Positions 1-11,043 of a stretch of DNA of 64,000 nucleotides are shown piece by piece. The DNA is taken from IMG/VR virus record IMGVR_UViG_3300032303_001195, positions 1 to 64,000 of that record. One strand, 5' to 3'. The notes beneath the pieces were generated by a model. It was given only the letters and a program-made list of their open reading frames with translations. It did no database searches and was not told where the DNA came from. Within the stretch, counting starts at the first letter, position 1. Each line of letters starts with the position of its first letter. The position numbers and the translations under genes are program-made. Origin of the DNA: a virus. Lineage: Duplodnaviria > Caudoviricetes.

Positions 1-103
1 GTCGCAAGAGTTTTAGATGGAGAGATAACATTAGTCGCATCGAGCCTACCACCTAGACCGACTTCTAGAATAGCCACATCAACATTCTCCTCTTTAAAAT
101 ACT
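1..103 (-). pseudogene. folC: Fragment of folylpolyglutamate/dihydrofolate synthase (probable chimeric junction)
   Basis: Reverse strand translates [33 protein letters not shown], containing the FolC signature EVGLGGRLDATN. Similarity ends where nrdE sequence begins. Confidence 0.85.
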
Positions 104-2518
<2,415 letters not shown>

Positions 2519-2519
<1 letters not shown>

Positions 2520-2689
2520 TGGCATCAATGGAGTTTAGCGATTGGCTAGATATTGGTATCGAACAGGGATGGGTTACTACACCATTTTGTATGACCCATG
2601 AGGGAGATCCTTTTATGACTGAACAGGAAGCACAGGATTGGGAAGATGGCGGAGATCCATGTTGTCCTGTTATTAAGATCATAGAATAA
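2519..2689 (+). CDS. Small hypothetical protein (56 aa, C-x-x-H...DPC motif)
   Basis: Hand translation MASMEFSDWLDIGIEQGWVTTPFCMTHEGDP...DPCCPVIKIIE. Start overlaps the nrdF stop (TAATG). Confidence 0.8.
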
Positions 2690-2742
2690 AGACCCCCTGC
2701 TCCTAGCATGACTCATAAGAACCATTCACTGGAGCAGGGCTT

Positions 2743-2814
2743 GCCTCAATAGCTCAACGGTAGAGCACCTGTCTTGTAAACAGGAGGTTGTGATCTCGGA
2801 ATTCACTTGAGGCT
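2743..2814 (+). tRNA. tRNA-Thr(UGU) with atypical T-loop
   Basis: Acceptor GCCTCAA/TTGAGGC, D-arm GCTC..GAGC, anticodon arm CCTGT-CTTGTAA-ACAGG. T-loop reads CTCGGAA instead of TTCGAAT. Confidence 0.8.
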
Positions 2815-2844
2815 CTGTGCGGTATAATAGAACAAGGAGGAGTT

Positions 2845-3021
2845 ATGCCAGTATACGAATACTTATGCAAAACATGCAGTAGTATGGAAATTGAATCAAG
2901 AAATGCTGATAATCGAGATGATGAAAAGCTGTGTAAGACTTGCAATTTGCCAATGAAACGGCTATACTCTAGTATACGAACTGCTTTTAAGGGCAGTGGC
3001 TTTTATTCAACAGACAAATAA
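2845..3021 (+). CDS. FmdB-family zinc-ribbon protein
   Basis: MPVYEYLCKTC...CKTC..MKRLYS...FKGSGFYSTD, with AGGAGG RBS. Confidence 0.9.
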   Translation: MPVYEYLCKTCSSMEIESRNADNRDDEKLCKTCNLPMKRLYSSIRTAFKGSGFYSTDK

Positions 3022-3031
3022 GAGGTGTACA

Positions 3032-3283
3032 ATGACAACAACAATGGAAAAAGAAGCCGTTACAGAAGAGAAGGTTGAGCGTCAGCTAACCCTTAATGAT
3101 CGATGCGACTCTTGTAATGCTGCAGCTTATGTAAAGGTAACTGGGGTAACAGGTGAACTTTTGTTTTGTGGACACCACTATAATAAGTTTGAAAATACAG
3201 ACAATATGAAATCATTTGCTTTTGATGTTTTAGATGAACGTTCATTCCTACTTGGAGAAAACCGAATGAAGGGTGATGCATAA
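3032..3283 (+). CDS. Actinobacterial-type small zinc-binding protein
   Basis: DRCDSC...ELLFCGHH motif, with GAGGTG RBS. Confidence 0.75.
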   Translation: MTTTMEKEAVTEEKVERQLTLNDRCDSCNAAAYVKVTGVTGELLFCGHHYNKFENTDNMKSFAFDVLDERSFLLGENRMKGDA

Positions 3284-3627
3284 TGGAGAACGAAGATAAC
3301 GAACTCTTTGAGCGTCTTATTCTAATGGGTGCTGTAGAGCCAGCAGGAATGGACATGGATAGCGGAGAAATGCTTTTTAGTTTTTCTCCAGAGTTAAGCA
3401 AAGTTTCTCCAGAACTTGCTAACGCTGTTACTGAACACTTTACTTCTGTAGTTATGACATTGTGGAGTAAAGGATTTTTAAACATAGAAACTTCTGAAGA
3501 GTCGGAAGATTTAACTATTTCATTAACAGAGCAAAGCATTGATCCAATTGCTCTTTCACTTCTTTCTAATATTGAAAAGAATGTTATGGCTAATGTTGTT
3601 GCTTATTTTATTCAAGATCAAGTATAA
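3283..3627 (+). CDS. Hypothetical protein
   Basis: 114-aa ORF with a translationally coupled start. Confidence 0.75.
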   Translation: MENEDNELFERLILMGAVEPAGMDMDSGEMLFSFSPELSKVSPELANAVTEHFTSVVMTLWSKGFLNIETSEESEDLTISLTEQSIDPIALSLLSNIEKNVMANVVAYFIQDQV

Positions 3628-3642
3628 TATCTAAGAGGGCAT

Positions 3643-4059
3643 ATGGAATACTTCTTAGGATCTTTAATTACAGTAGTTGTAATTATATTAGTCAATAAAT
3701 ATCTATCTAAGAATGTAGTAAAGCCAGTTCGCTCAATTAGATATAGTCAATCTAATAACTTTGAAATGCTTTTAGAGTTTACAGTTAGACTCACAGAGGC
3801 TCCGCCAATAAAGGCAAGACAAACATTAAAACATTTTCATGAAGAAAATAAAAGAATACTTGTTCTTGATGATAATGCTTACTGGATTGATGAAAATACT
3901 TTTTATGTTGCAGATATAATCAATACAGAGATAGACATTAGTTCTGCTAGACAAGTTGACATAATGTCTATGGACAAGGTACAATTAGATAAGATGATTT
4001 ACATTGTCGAAAAACTAACAGAGGGGATACAGGATGATAATTGGAATTCAAGGCAGTAG
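3643..4059 (+). CDS. Hypothetical protein with N-terminal transmembrane helix
   Basis: Hydrophobic N-terminus, operon context. Confidence 0.75.
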   Translation: MEYFLGSLITVVVIILVNKYLSKNVVKPVRSIRYSQSNNFEMLLEFTVRLTEAPPIKARQTLKHFHEENKRILVLDDNAYWIDENTFYVADIINTEIDISSARQVDIMSMDKVQLDKMIYIVEKLTEGIQDDNWNSRQ

Positions 4060-4384
4060 AAACTTCAGCGACTATTCCATTTTTCTTCGTGCAATGGGTT
4101 CAGCCCTGTACGACCTAGATGGTGACACAGAGTTTACCATTCTATCTGCAGGACCACATAAAGTAAATGAAATGGCTATGGAGTTTACGAATGTATCCGA
4201 GCGTAGTCTTAAGGCAAGAGGAATTAAAGCTAAGGTAGTAAAGATGCCAGCAATTGCACTTAAGGAACGTATGGCAGATCTTGATTATTTTGTTTACTTT
4301 AGTCTTCCAAAAGAAACTGAGTCAGACTTAGTTCGTGAAGCACAGGACAAAGACGTTGAGGTAGGTATATACAGATATGCTTAG
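4034..4384 (+). CDS. Hypothetical protein, possibly SLOG/YspA-like
   Basis: N-terminal IIGIQGSRNFSDY resembles the SLOG GSR motif. Confidence 0.55.
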   Translation: MIIGIQGSRNFSDYSIFLRAMGSALYDLDGDTEFTILSAGPHKVNEMAMEFTNVSERSLKARGIKAKVVKMPAIALKERMADLDYFVYFSLPKETESDLVREAQDKDVEVGIYRYA

Positions 4385-4733
4385 TCGGAGTGAAGAAGCG
4401 TTTCTCTCCGTTGCCAGGTATATGTCTAAAAAATCTTTGGCTAGACAAAAGCACGGAGCTGTTGTTGTCAAGTCTGGGAGGGTTCTTGGAACTGGATATA
4501 ATAAAGACACGAATCACCCAAACCAAGTTTCCCCAGAGCATATCAAGACACACTGTAGTCGCCACGCAGAAGTAGAGGCGATTAGAGATGCGAACTGGAA
4601 TGTTAAGGGAGCAGTTCTTTACGTTGCTAGATTGAATAAGCAGGGTAAGGATCGAAACAGTAAGCCTTGTAGATATTGCGAGGCAGTTATTGAATCGACA
4701 CAAATAAAAAAAGTAATCTACACAGAAGGTTAG
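4377..4733 (+). CDS. dCMP/cytidine deaminase-family protein
   Basis: HAE and PCxxC zinc motifs, plus KHGAVVV and GYN. Confidence 0.85.
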   Translation: MLSRSEEAFLSVARYMSKKSLARQKHGAVVVKSGRVLGTGYNKDTNHPNQVSPEHIKTHCSRHAEVEAIRDANWNVKGAVLYVARLNKQGKDRNSKPCRYCEAVIESTQIKKVIYTEG

Positions 4734-4737
4734 AATA

Positions 4738-4947
4738 ATGAATATTTCATCACTTGAAAAGATGGAAACAATCGTGGCTAACAACAAGTCCCTAAATTGG
4801 GAAGGCTGGACAGTTATTGAATCTAAAGCTGATCAGTCTGCATGGATGAAAAAAGATGCTGCATTTATTGAAGATAAGTGGTATCGCATTAATAGATATG
4901 ACTCTGGTCCTAATGGATGGAATATTCCAGATAGGCTGATAAAGTAA
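4738..4947 (+). CDS. Hypothetical protein
   Basis: 69-aa ORF within an operon. Confidence 0.7.
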   Translation: MNISSLEKMETIVANNKSLNWEGWTVIESKADQSAWMKKDAAFIEDKWYRINRYDSGPNGWNIPDRLIK

Positions 4948-4948
4948 T

Positions 4949-5245
4949 ATGGATAAACACGCATGGAAGGAAGAAGGCAAGTGTAAAGATTTTGATACTA
5001 ATTTCTTCTTTGACAAGTATGAGGAAGATGAACAGTTACGTTTAGCTGTAGATAATCTTTGCTCTACCTGCCCAATGGCAAAGCATTGTTTTGCAGTGGG
5101 AGTATCACAAAAAGAGTGGGGCGTATGGGGAGTGATCTATTTAGAAAATGGAAAAATCTCCAGAGAGTTCAACAAACATAAAGATAAGGAAGACTGGGCA
5201 AAAACCTGGGTATACCTAACAATTAATCAAGAGAGGACTTCCTAA
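4949..5245 (+). CDS. whiB: WhiB-family transcription factor
   Basis: Four Cys (C...CxxCP...C) followed by the EWGVWG turn. Confidence 0.85.
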   Translation: MDKHAWKEEGKCKDFDTNFFFDKYEEDEQLRLAVDNLCSTCPMAKHCFAVGVSQKEWGVWGVIYLENGKISREFNKHKDKEDWAKTWVYLTINQERTS

Positions 5246-5493
5246 TGACATATACACCAGCAATGCGTCAAGCATTTCAAGAAGTATCTAGTTATTGTCC
5301 AAAAGGATTTTCACTACAAGTAATAGATAATGAACATTTCATAACTCTTAAAGCAAAAGAAAAAGATTTCATGACGCTTTTTGATGATGGAAAACGCCAA
5401 GCCGTAGAGTATATGGTAAGGGCAAAACAGGCTCTTGAAGCCAATGGAGCAATTGTTTTATTGGTTAGAGAAGGTGGAGAGGAAATCGTCTAA
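5245..5493 (+). CDS. Hypothetical protein
   Basis: Translationally coupled ORF. Confidence 0.7.
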   Translation: MTYTPAMRQAFQEVSSYCPKGFSLQVIDNEHFITLKAKEKDFMTLFDDGKRQAVEYMVRAKQALEANGAIVLLVREGGEEIV

Positions 5494-5864
5494 TGGATTG
5501 GACAGCTTTAACATCATTTTTAATATTCTTATTAGGAATGACGCTTCTTGTAATTCAAAACATTAAATACTATTTTGCAACAAAAACACTTATTCGAGAT
5601 AATGCACAATTAATTTTGGATAAGAGTGAGTTGCTGAAAAAGATTTCTCAAATTTTAGACCAACAAGATAGTGGCAAGATTGAAGAAACAACTGGCTTTG
5701 TGCGTTTTATATCAGAGTCTCGTGACTGGGCATTTCAATACATTGAAGATGTTCAGCAAGCCATTCAAGAGCTATCAGAAACACCAAGGTCTGATCGTGT
5801 AGCATATGCAAAGGCATATAAAAAGGTAATTAGCTTTTTACCAGAGGCTACTATAGAGAGTTAA
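5493..5864 (+). CDS. Membrane-anchored hypothetical protein
   Basis: N-terminal TM helix followed by a coiled region. Confidence 0.7.
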   Translation: MDWTALTSFLIFLLGMTLLVIQNIKYYFATKTLIRDNAQLILDKSELLKKISQILDQQDSGKIEETTGFVRFISESRDWAFQYIEDVQQAIQELSETPRSDRVAYAKAYKKVISFLPEATIES

Positions 5865-6888
5865 GTAATTCAACATAGCGTTCTTTTAGAACAAGAGGCG
5901 AGAAGTTTTTGTATCCTATATTGTATGCAGATCTTTTCGCCTCTTCTTTATTTTCTGAGTTAACATATCTATCAACTATTGCAGCAATAGAGGCAGGGTT
6001 TGGTTTACCTGCATTAACCATAATCTTTGTTCTAACAGACTGAAAACCGTTAGAATTAAATAGCCACTCTCTTGGTAGGATTGCATTGTTTGGTTCTATA
6101 TTAGTCATAAGAACTGGCAAGCCACTCATGAGACTCTCATTCATTGGTAGACATAAGCCACCATATCTTCTAGGTAATACAGTTGCATCAAACCCATAGT
6201 AAAGATCAGCATGGTTATCTGGATTATTATATTTAAGAGTAACCCTTGAATCATTTGTAAAATTTTCTATTTCTACCTGAGTTTTAATCACTAACTCAAA
6301 ATCTGTTTTGCAATGTCTTAGGCTTTGCATTAAAGCTATTGTTCCATTTCGATCAAAAGCAGCACCAGTTCCATGAACATGTAAAAGTCTATTATGAGTT
6401 TTTGATACGTTATATTCAAAATTTTTTGCAAATAGTTTTTCATCAGTAGGCGGCGGTATGTGTACAAGTTTTGATTTATTTCTAATAATATTATTCATTG
6501 CTTGAACATTCCAAGAACTAGGAGCTACCAGAACATCTGGAAGAGAAAACTCTCTATTGGTAGCACCAGGATATAACTCATAGTTATACTGAAGGACAGT
6601 TTTACATCCATTCTTTTTTGCAATATCTACAAATTCATCATTATAAAAAGTTTCACAACTAATAATTACATCATAGTTTGTTGTAAGCTTCTCTGCTAAA
6701 TGGTTTGAGATCATGCCATTATTAAGAATTGTTTTATAATTTTTATATCTTTTTGGATATTGTGGAAGATCTCTAAAAGCAGTAAAATCAATAATCACTA
6801 CAAGATCTGGATCAAGCATCTTTGCAAGCTCAAGTGTTTGATTTCCTAAACCTGTATTGTCACATCTACCTATTAATGCTATTTTCAT
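5851..6888 (-). CDS. Glycosyltransferase (GT-B/GT4-like)
   Basis: MKIALIG start, and the GLCLPMNESLMSGLPV motif. Confidence 0.8.
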   Translation of the reverse strand: MKIALIGRCDNTGLGNQTLELAKMLDPDLVVIIDFTAFRDLPQYPKRYKNYKTILNNGMISNHLAEKLTTNYDVIISCETFYNDEFVDIAKKNGCKTVLQYNYELYPGATNREFSLPDVLVAPSSWNVQAMNNIIRNKSKLVHIPPPTDEKLFAKNFEYNVSKTHNRLLHVHGTGAAFDRNGTIALMQSLRHCKTDFELVIKTQVEIENFTNDSRVTLKYNNPDNHADLYYGFDATVLPRRYGGLCLPMNESLMSGLPVLMTNIEPNNAILPREWLFNSNGFQSVRTKIMVNAGKPNPASIAAIVDRYVNSENKEEAKRSAYNIGYKNFSPLVLKERYVELLNSL

Positions 6889-7628
6889 AGGGGTAACCCA
6901 TAACGTATCTTTAATTCTTCTATAGAAGCTGGTTCCCAATATGATAAGTCATTGTCTGGATTATTAAAGGGACGAGTATAAATATGACTACCACCTTCCC
7001 AAACAGTAGGTAGGTCTGAGTATTCAAATGGTGGATCAATTTTTAATTCTGGTCCACCCCATTTATTAATAAAGTATTGTCTAAGGGGACGTATATTTAC
7101 TTGTACGCCATCTTTTGTTGCTCCACCATTGACTTGACAAATAGCATCAATCTCAATATTGCCATACTCTTTTTCTTTTGTTTGCATAAACCTATAATCC
7201 CAATCACAATCTTCAAGATATCCAGGATAAAAGTTTTCATCAGGTTTACCAACAAGCTCTATAGCTTTTCTAGACAAGCCTATGCAATGCCAAACATGGT
7301 TTGTTCTGAATACTAACCCATCATACTCTTTGACCATATCTATTATGTGATCAAACTTTTTAGGAAAGTACATAGATGCAGAAACTATAAATGTCCAATC
7401 ATGAACTTCATCAATAACTAAGTTCCATGATCTAGACACGCCAATATTTTCTTTTTGAAATAAAACTCTGATGCCTGGAAAAGATTTTAAAAGATCTTCG
7501 CATTCTCTTGTTCCACTGTTGTCAATAACAATAACGTGGTCATAATGACCAATTGATGCAACACACTTCATAGTCCTTGCATTTAATTTATATATTGGAA
7601 TACAAATTATGTAGTCTAGATCCTTCAA
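6885..7628 (-). CDS. Glycosyltransferase family 2-like
   Basis: VIVIDNSG, ENIGVSRSWN, DENFYPGYLEDCDWDYR. Confidence 0.8.
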   Translation of the reverse strand: MKDLDYIICIPIYKLNARTMKCVASIGHYDHVIVIDNSGTRECEDLLKSFPGIRVLFQKENIGVSRSWNLVIDEVHDWTFIVSASMYFPKKFDHIIDMVKEYDGLVFRTNHVWHCIGLSRKAIELVGKPDENFYPGYLEDCDWDYRFMQTKEKEYGNIEIDAICQVNGGATKDGVQVNIRPLRQYFINKWGGPELKIDPPFEYSDLPTVWEGGSHIYTRPFNNPDNDLSYWEPASIEELKIRYGLPL

Positions 7629-8584
7629 TTTATACCCAGCTTATCTAAAATAGTTTGCCAACGATGAACATAGGTGTGTTCTGTTTTTGCTCTTTCGTGT
7701 CCAGCTAATCGAATTGCTTCTCGCTCTTCATCATGAACAAGATAATAGTTAATCTTTTCTTTTAGATCATCTAAATTGCCATGCTCATAATATACAATTT
7801 CTTTTCCATCTTCATACCAGTCGGTAATCCCTTCAATTCGAGGGTAGATCGTAAATGCTCCACGACCAGTAGATTCAAATAATCTATCAGAAGAATAGTG
7901 GGGATATTTAAAATCAATATTTAGTGTATCTCCAACTGCAATCTTGCTTCTAACATACATTTCATTTAACTTATCTCCACGTAGACCACCTGTATCACCA
8001 TCTGGACCAACATGAGTAAATCGTTTTCCATATGTTTCTTTTAAAAAGTTAATTAGTTTTGGTCTATACTGCCATTCTGGATGATAAGCTTTACTACCAA
8101 CAAAGATTACATCATGATCAAATCGTTGTTTATCGTAATCTGAATGAATATAAGCCTCTTCGCCAAAAACGGCTGCTGGTAAGAATACACCCTTTACTCT
8201 TGTTTTTTCATTAAACCAATCAGCCATAAGTTTATCTACAGTAAAAAAGTATTCTATATCTTGATAGACTGGACTTCTTTCTAAATCAATCTGTCTTCTT
8301 AGACCAAACCAAAGATCAAGGTGGTAGCTTATTGATGGAACTCCAATACGTCTTAATTCTTTTAGGACCATCTTCATGTTCATTGTTCCACCAGTAGTCC
8401 ATTTGTGAGTGTGTACCCATACAAATAAATCTGCATTTCTTGCCTGAACCATAACCTGATTACCTGTAGCAGTTCCTTCTTGTAGTCTTATTACTGTATG
8501 CCCAAGTGATTCAAGAGATTTTGCGTGATGTGTTTCTGTTGTAAAATCAACATTAAAGTTGCCAAGAAATACTATTTTAGCCAT
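7625..8584 (-). CDS. Glycosyltransferase (CgeB-like)
   Basis: DVIFVGS, SDRLFESTGRG, EREAIRLAGHER...HTYVHR. Confidence 0.8.
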   Translation of the reverse strand: MAKIVFLGNFNVDFTTETHHAKSLESLGHTVIRLQEGTATGNQVMVQARNADLFVWVHTHKWTTGGTMNMKMVLKELRRIGVPSISYHLDLWFGLRRQIDLERSPVYQDIEYFFTVDKLMADWFNEKTRVKGVFLPAAVFGEEAYIHSDYDKQRFDHDVIFVGSKAYHPEWQYRPKLINFLKETYGKRFTHVGPDGDTGGLRGDKLNEMYVRSKIAVGDTLNIDFKYPHYSSDRLFESTGRGAFTIYPRIEGITDWYEDGKEIVYYEHGNLDDLKEKINYYLVHDEEREAIRLAGHERAKTEHTYVHRWQTILDKLGIN

Positions 8585-8639
8585 GTTATCCAATCGTTAC
8601 AATAAGTTTACCATATCAGGTTTATGTTATAATTGAAAC

Positions 8640-9089
8640 ATGAACGAACAATTAATTGCACAACTAAGAATGCTTTTAGCAGACAACATTGCCCTAAAGT
8701 TTAAGTCACATGGGTATCACTGGAATGTAGAAGGAGAAAACTTTCCTCAGCTACATGAATTCTTTGCTGAGATATATGAAGACTATGACGCTGCCACGGA
8801 TACCTTTGCAGAATGGCTTCGTATGCTTAAGGCTTATGCCCCATATAGACTAACTGATTTCTTTGACATGGCTACCGTTGGAGAACCCATTATTGTTGGA
8901 GATCCAGAGCCAATGTTAGAAGATTTATATATGTCAATTGAAAAGCATATTGAAGATCTTGTAATTGCAGGTGACATGGCTAATGCTGCAAAACAATATG
9001 GTCTTGCAAACTTCTTTGCAGATCGACAAACAGCATCACAGAAGTTCTGTTGGCAGATTCGTGCATCAATGGAAATGGAAGAAGACTAA
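8640..9089 (+). CDS. dps: Dps-family ferritin-like protein
   Basis: HGYHWNVEGENFPQLHEFF, D..AE.LR and a C-terminal W. Leaderless promoter TGTTATAAT lies just upstream. Confidence 0.9.
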   Translation: MNEQLIAQLRMLLADNIALKFKSHGYHWNVEGENFPQLHEFFAEIYEDYDAATDTFAEWLRMLKAYAPYRLTDFFDMATVGEPIIVGDPEPMLEDLYMSIEKHIEDLVIAGDMANAAKQYGLANFFADRQTASQKFCWQIRASMEMEED

Positions 9090-9466
9090 TGCCATATCGT
9101 GTAGGTGCTAAAGGAACAAATGGATGCAAAGGCTATCCAGTTGTTAAAGAAGGCGGAGAGGTTGTTGGATGCCACGCTACTCGTGGTGAGGCTGACAATC
9201 ACTTACAAGCTTTATATGCTAATGTTCCAGATGCAGAGAAGTCCTCTGTAGCTGGTGCAAATCCATCATTTACTGTTGATCCAAAATATCCTGGGGTAGG
9301 AATAAAGCGTCCAGAACAGGGTGTAAGACAGACTCCAATGAATGGAAGCATTAAGCCAAAGTATGGCAAGAAGCCTAATAAGGCTCGTAGAGGGCGTCAC
9401 AGCGACGCTCAGGACGCCGCACAGGGTGCTATAAGCTCTGGTGGTTCAGGAGGATCAATTGGATAA
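9089..9466 (+). CDS. Hypothetical protein
   Basis: Coupled start MPYRVGAKG...VVGCH...ALYAN. Confidence 0.7.
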   Translation: MPYRVGAKGTNGCKGYPVVKEGGEVVGCHATRGEADNHLQALYANVPDAEKSSVAGANPSFTVDPKYPGVGIKRPEQGVRQTPMNGSIKPKYGKKPNKARRGRHSDAQDAAQGAISSGGSGGSIG

Positions 9467-10223
9467 TAATATACCCAAAGAGGGCGATACAGTAGTTGGA
9501 ATGACAACTGAAGGAATGGTAGTTGGTCGTGTTGAGCACGTAATGCTTGAAGGTGGAACATATGGCGTAGCTGGCACTGAGTACGCTATTGAGTCTAAAC
9601 CAGAAGATCCAGCCATGGCTGTAAGAGTTTATGAAGAAGAGGACGGCTTGTGGTATCCTACAGCTTATTCTATTGGTATGCTTGCAAGTAACTCTAAGCC
9701 AATGGATATTGAGATTGGTGTTGAGGAAGAAGATGACATTGATGAATTAGAAAGACTTGCTAAAGCATCTCCTTGCTGGGAAGGCTACGTTATGCGTGGT
9801 ATGAAGCCAGGTAAGGGTGGAAAGAATGTTCCAAATTGTGTTCCAGTAAAGAAGTATCATGAAGCAGTTACTAAGGCAGATAACTATAGCCCTAATGCTG
9901 GAATGAAAGCTGCTGCTCGTCGTGCTCTTAAGTGGAAAGAACAGGGTAAGGCTACTGGTGCTGGTACGCCTGTTGGCTGGGGTAGAGCAACAGATATCGT
10001 AGCAGGTAGACCAATGTCTCTATCAACAGTAAAGCGTATGTACTCATTCTTCTCTCGTCATAAGGTAGATAAGAAGGGTAAAGACTTTAATAATACAGCT
10101 AATCCTAGCAATGGTCGTATCATGTGGGATGCATGGGGTGGCAATGCAGGATTTGCTTGGAGTCGTGCAATTGTAGAGCGTGAAAAAAAGTTCTGGCAAG
10201 GTTCTGCATTTGGAGATCAGTAA
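9441..10223 (+). CDS. Multi-module hypothetical protein, possible head-associated protein
   Basis: Contains CWEGY..G.K..VPNCVP and RMYSFFSRH...WDAWGG modules. True start is uncertain. Confidence 0.7.
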   Translation: MVQEDQLDNNIPKEGDTVVGMTTEGMVVGRVEHVMLEGGTYGVAGTEYAIESKPEDPAMAVRVYEEEDGLWYPTAYSIGMLASNSKPMDIEIGVEEEDDIDELERLAKASPCWEGYVMRGMKPGKGGKNVPNCVPVKKYHEAVTKADNYSPNAGMKAAARRALKWKEQGKATGAGTPVGWGRATDIVAGRPMSLSTVKRMYSFFSRHKVDKKGKDFNNTANPSNGRIMWDAWGGNAGFAWSRAIVEREKKFWQGSAFGDQ

Positions 10224-10741
10224 TGTCTACTATTGTTGATATTGATGGAACACTTCTTCGTAATGGATCACAGCCTATCCATAGAGTAATTGACTATGTT
10301 AATGCTCTTCCAGGCTCTGTGATTATTGTTACTGGTCGTAATGTTTCTGAGAGAAGAAAAACAGAAGCTGCACTTCGTGCTGCTGGTGTAAAGTATTCTA
10401 GATTAATTATGAATCCTGGATCATCTGCAGATACTGCAAAGTATAAAGAAGAGACAGGTAAAAAACTCAAGGGTAGCGTTAATCTAGCAATTGATAATAA
10501 TGCTACAATGAGAGCAGCATATAGTCGTGCAGGAATCAAGACAATGGATCCTGCACACATAGCAAATACAACTAAAGGAGTTATTATGGATAATTTTTGG
10601 GACGGTACAGCTTTTGGAAAGCGTACCAGTAAAGCAATGGATGAAAGTATTACCCCCACACAAACTGGTGATATGTGTACTCCAGATAGTATTAACTGCA
10701 TGGATAAAACTTGTAAGATGTGTGCAACTAAGCCTTACTAA
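10223..10741 (+). CDS. HAD-superfamily phosphatase (PNK 3'-phosphatase-like) with C-terminal extension
   Basis: DIDGTL, VTGR and IDN motifs. Internal RBS and in-frame ATG at 10586. Confidence 0.8.
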   Translation: MSTIVDIDGTLLRNGSQPIHRVIDYVNALPGSVIIVTGRNVSERRKTEAALRAAGVKYSRLIMNPGSSADTAKYKEETGKKLKGSVNLAIDNNATMRAAYSRAGIKTMDPAHIANTTKGVIMDNFWDGTAFGKRTSKAMDESITPTQTGDMCTPDSINCMDKTCKMCATKPY

Positions 10742-10767
10742 TTTAATTAGTAGTGTATACTATTGTT

Positions 10768-11043
10768 ATGGCTACTTTACATAACACTCTAAATGTTTCC
10801 GATTCTTCTACAGTAATCGTTGAAGCAAGTGGTGGATTCGGACACGATGTCACCATTCAAAATAATGGATCATATAATCTTTTTCTTGGTGGCAGCAATG
10901 TCGATAGTGAAAATTTTGGATTCAAACTTGTTCCAAATGCAGCAATCTCATTCGAGCTTGATGGACAAGATGCAATATATGGATATTGCGAAGACAGTAC
11001 ATTTGTTAATGTTCTAAAGATTAACTTGGAGCGTACCAAGTAA
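10768..11043 (+). CDS. Hypothetical protein, possible virion protein
   Basis: Beta-rich ORF with a leaderless promoter. Confidence 0.65.
   Translation: MATLHNTLNVSDSSTVIVEASGGFGHDVTIQNNGSYNLFLGGSNVDSENFGFKLVPNAAISFELDGQDAIYGYCEDSTFVNVLKINLERTK

Noticed and set aside
1-103. Group I intron or intein splitting nrdE
   Set aside because: The upstream sequence is folC coding sequence on the opposite strand, not intron-like.
5119-5140. WhiB GVWGV instead of GVWGG as functional novelty
   Set aside because: A single substitution that cannot be told from error or polymorphism without reads.
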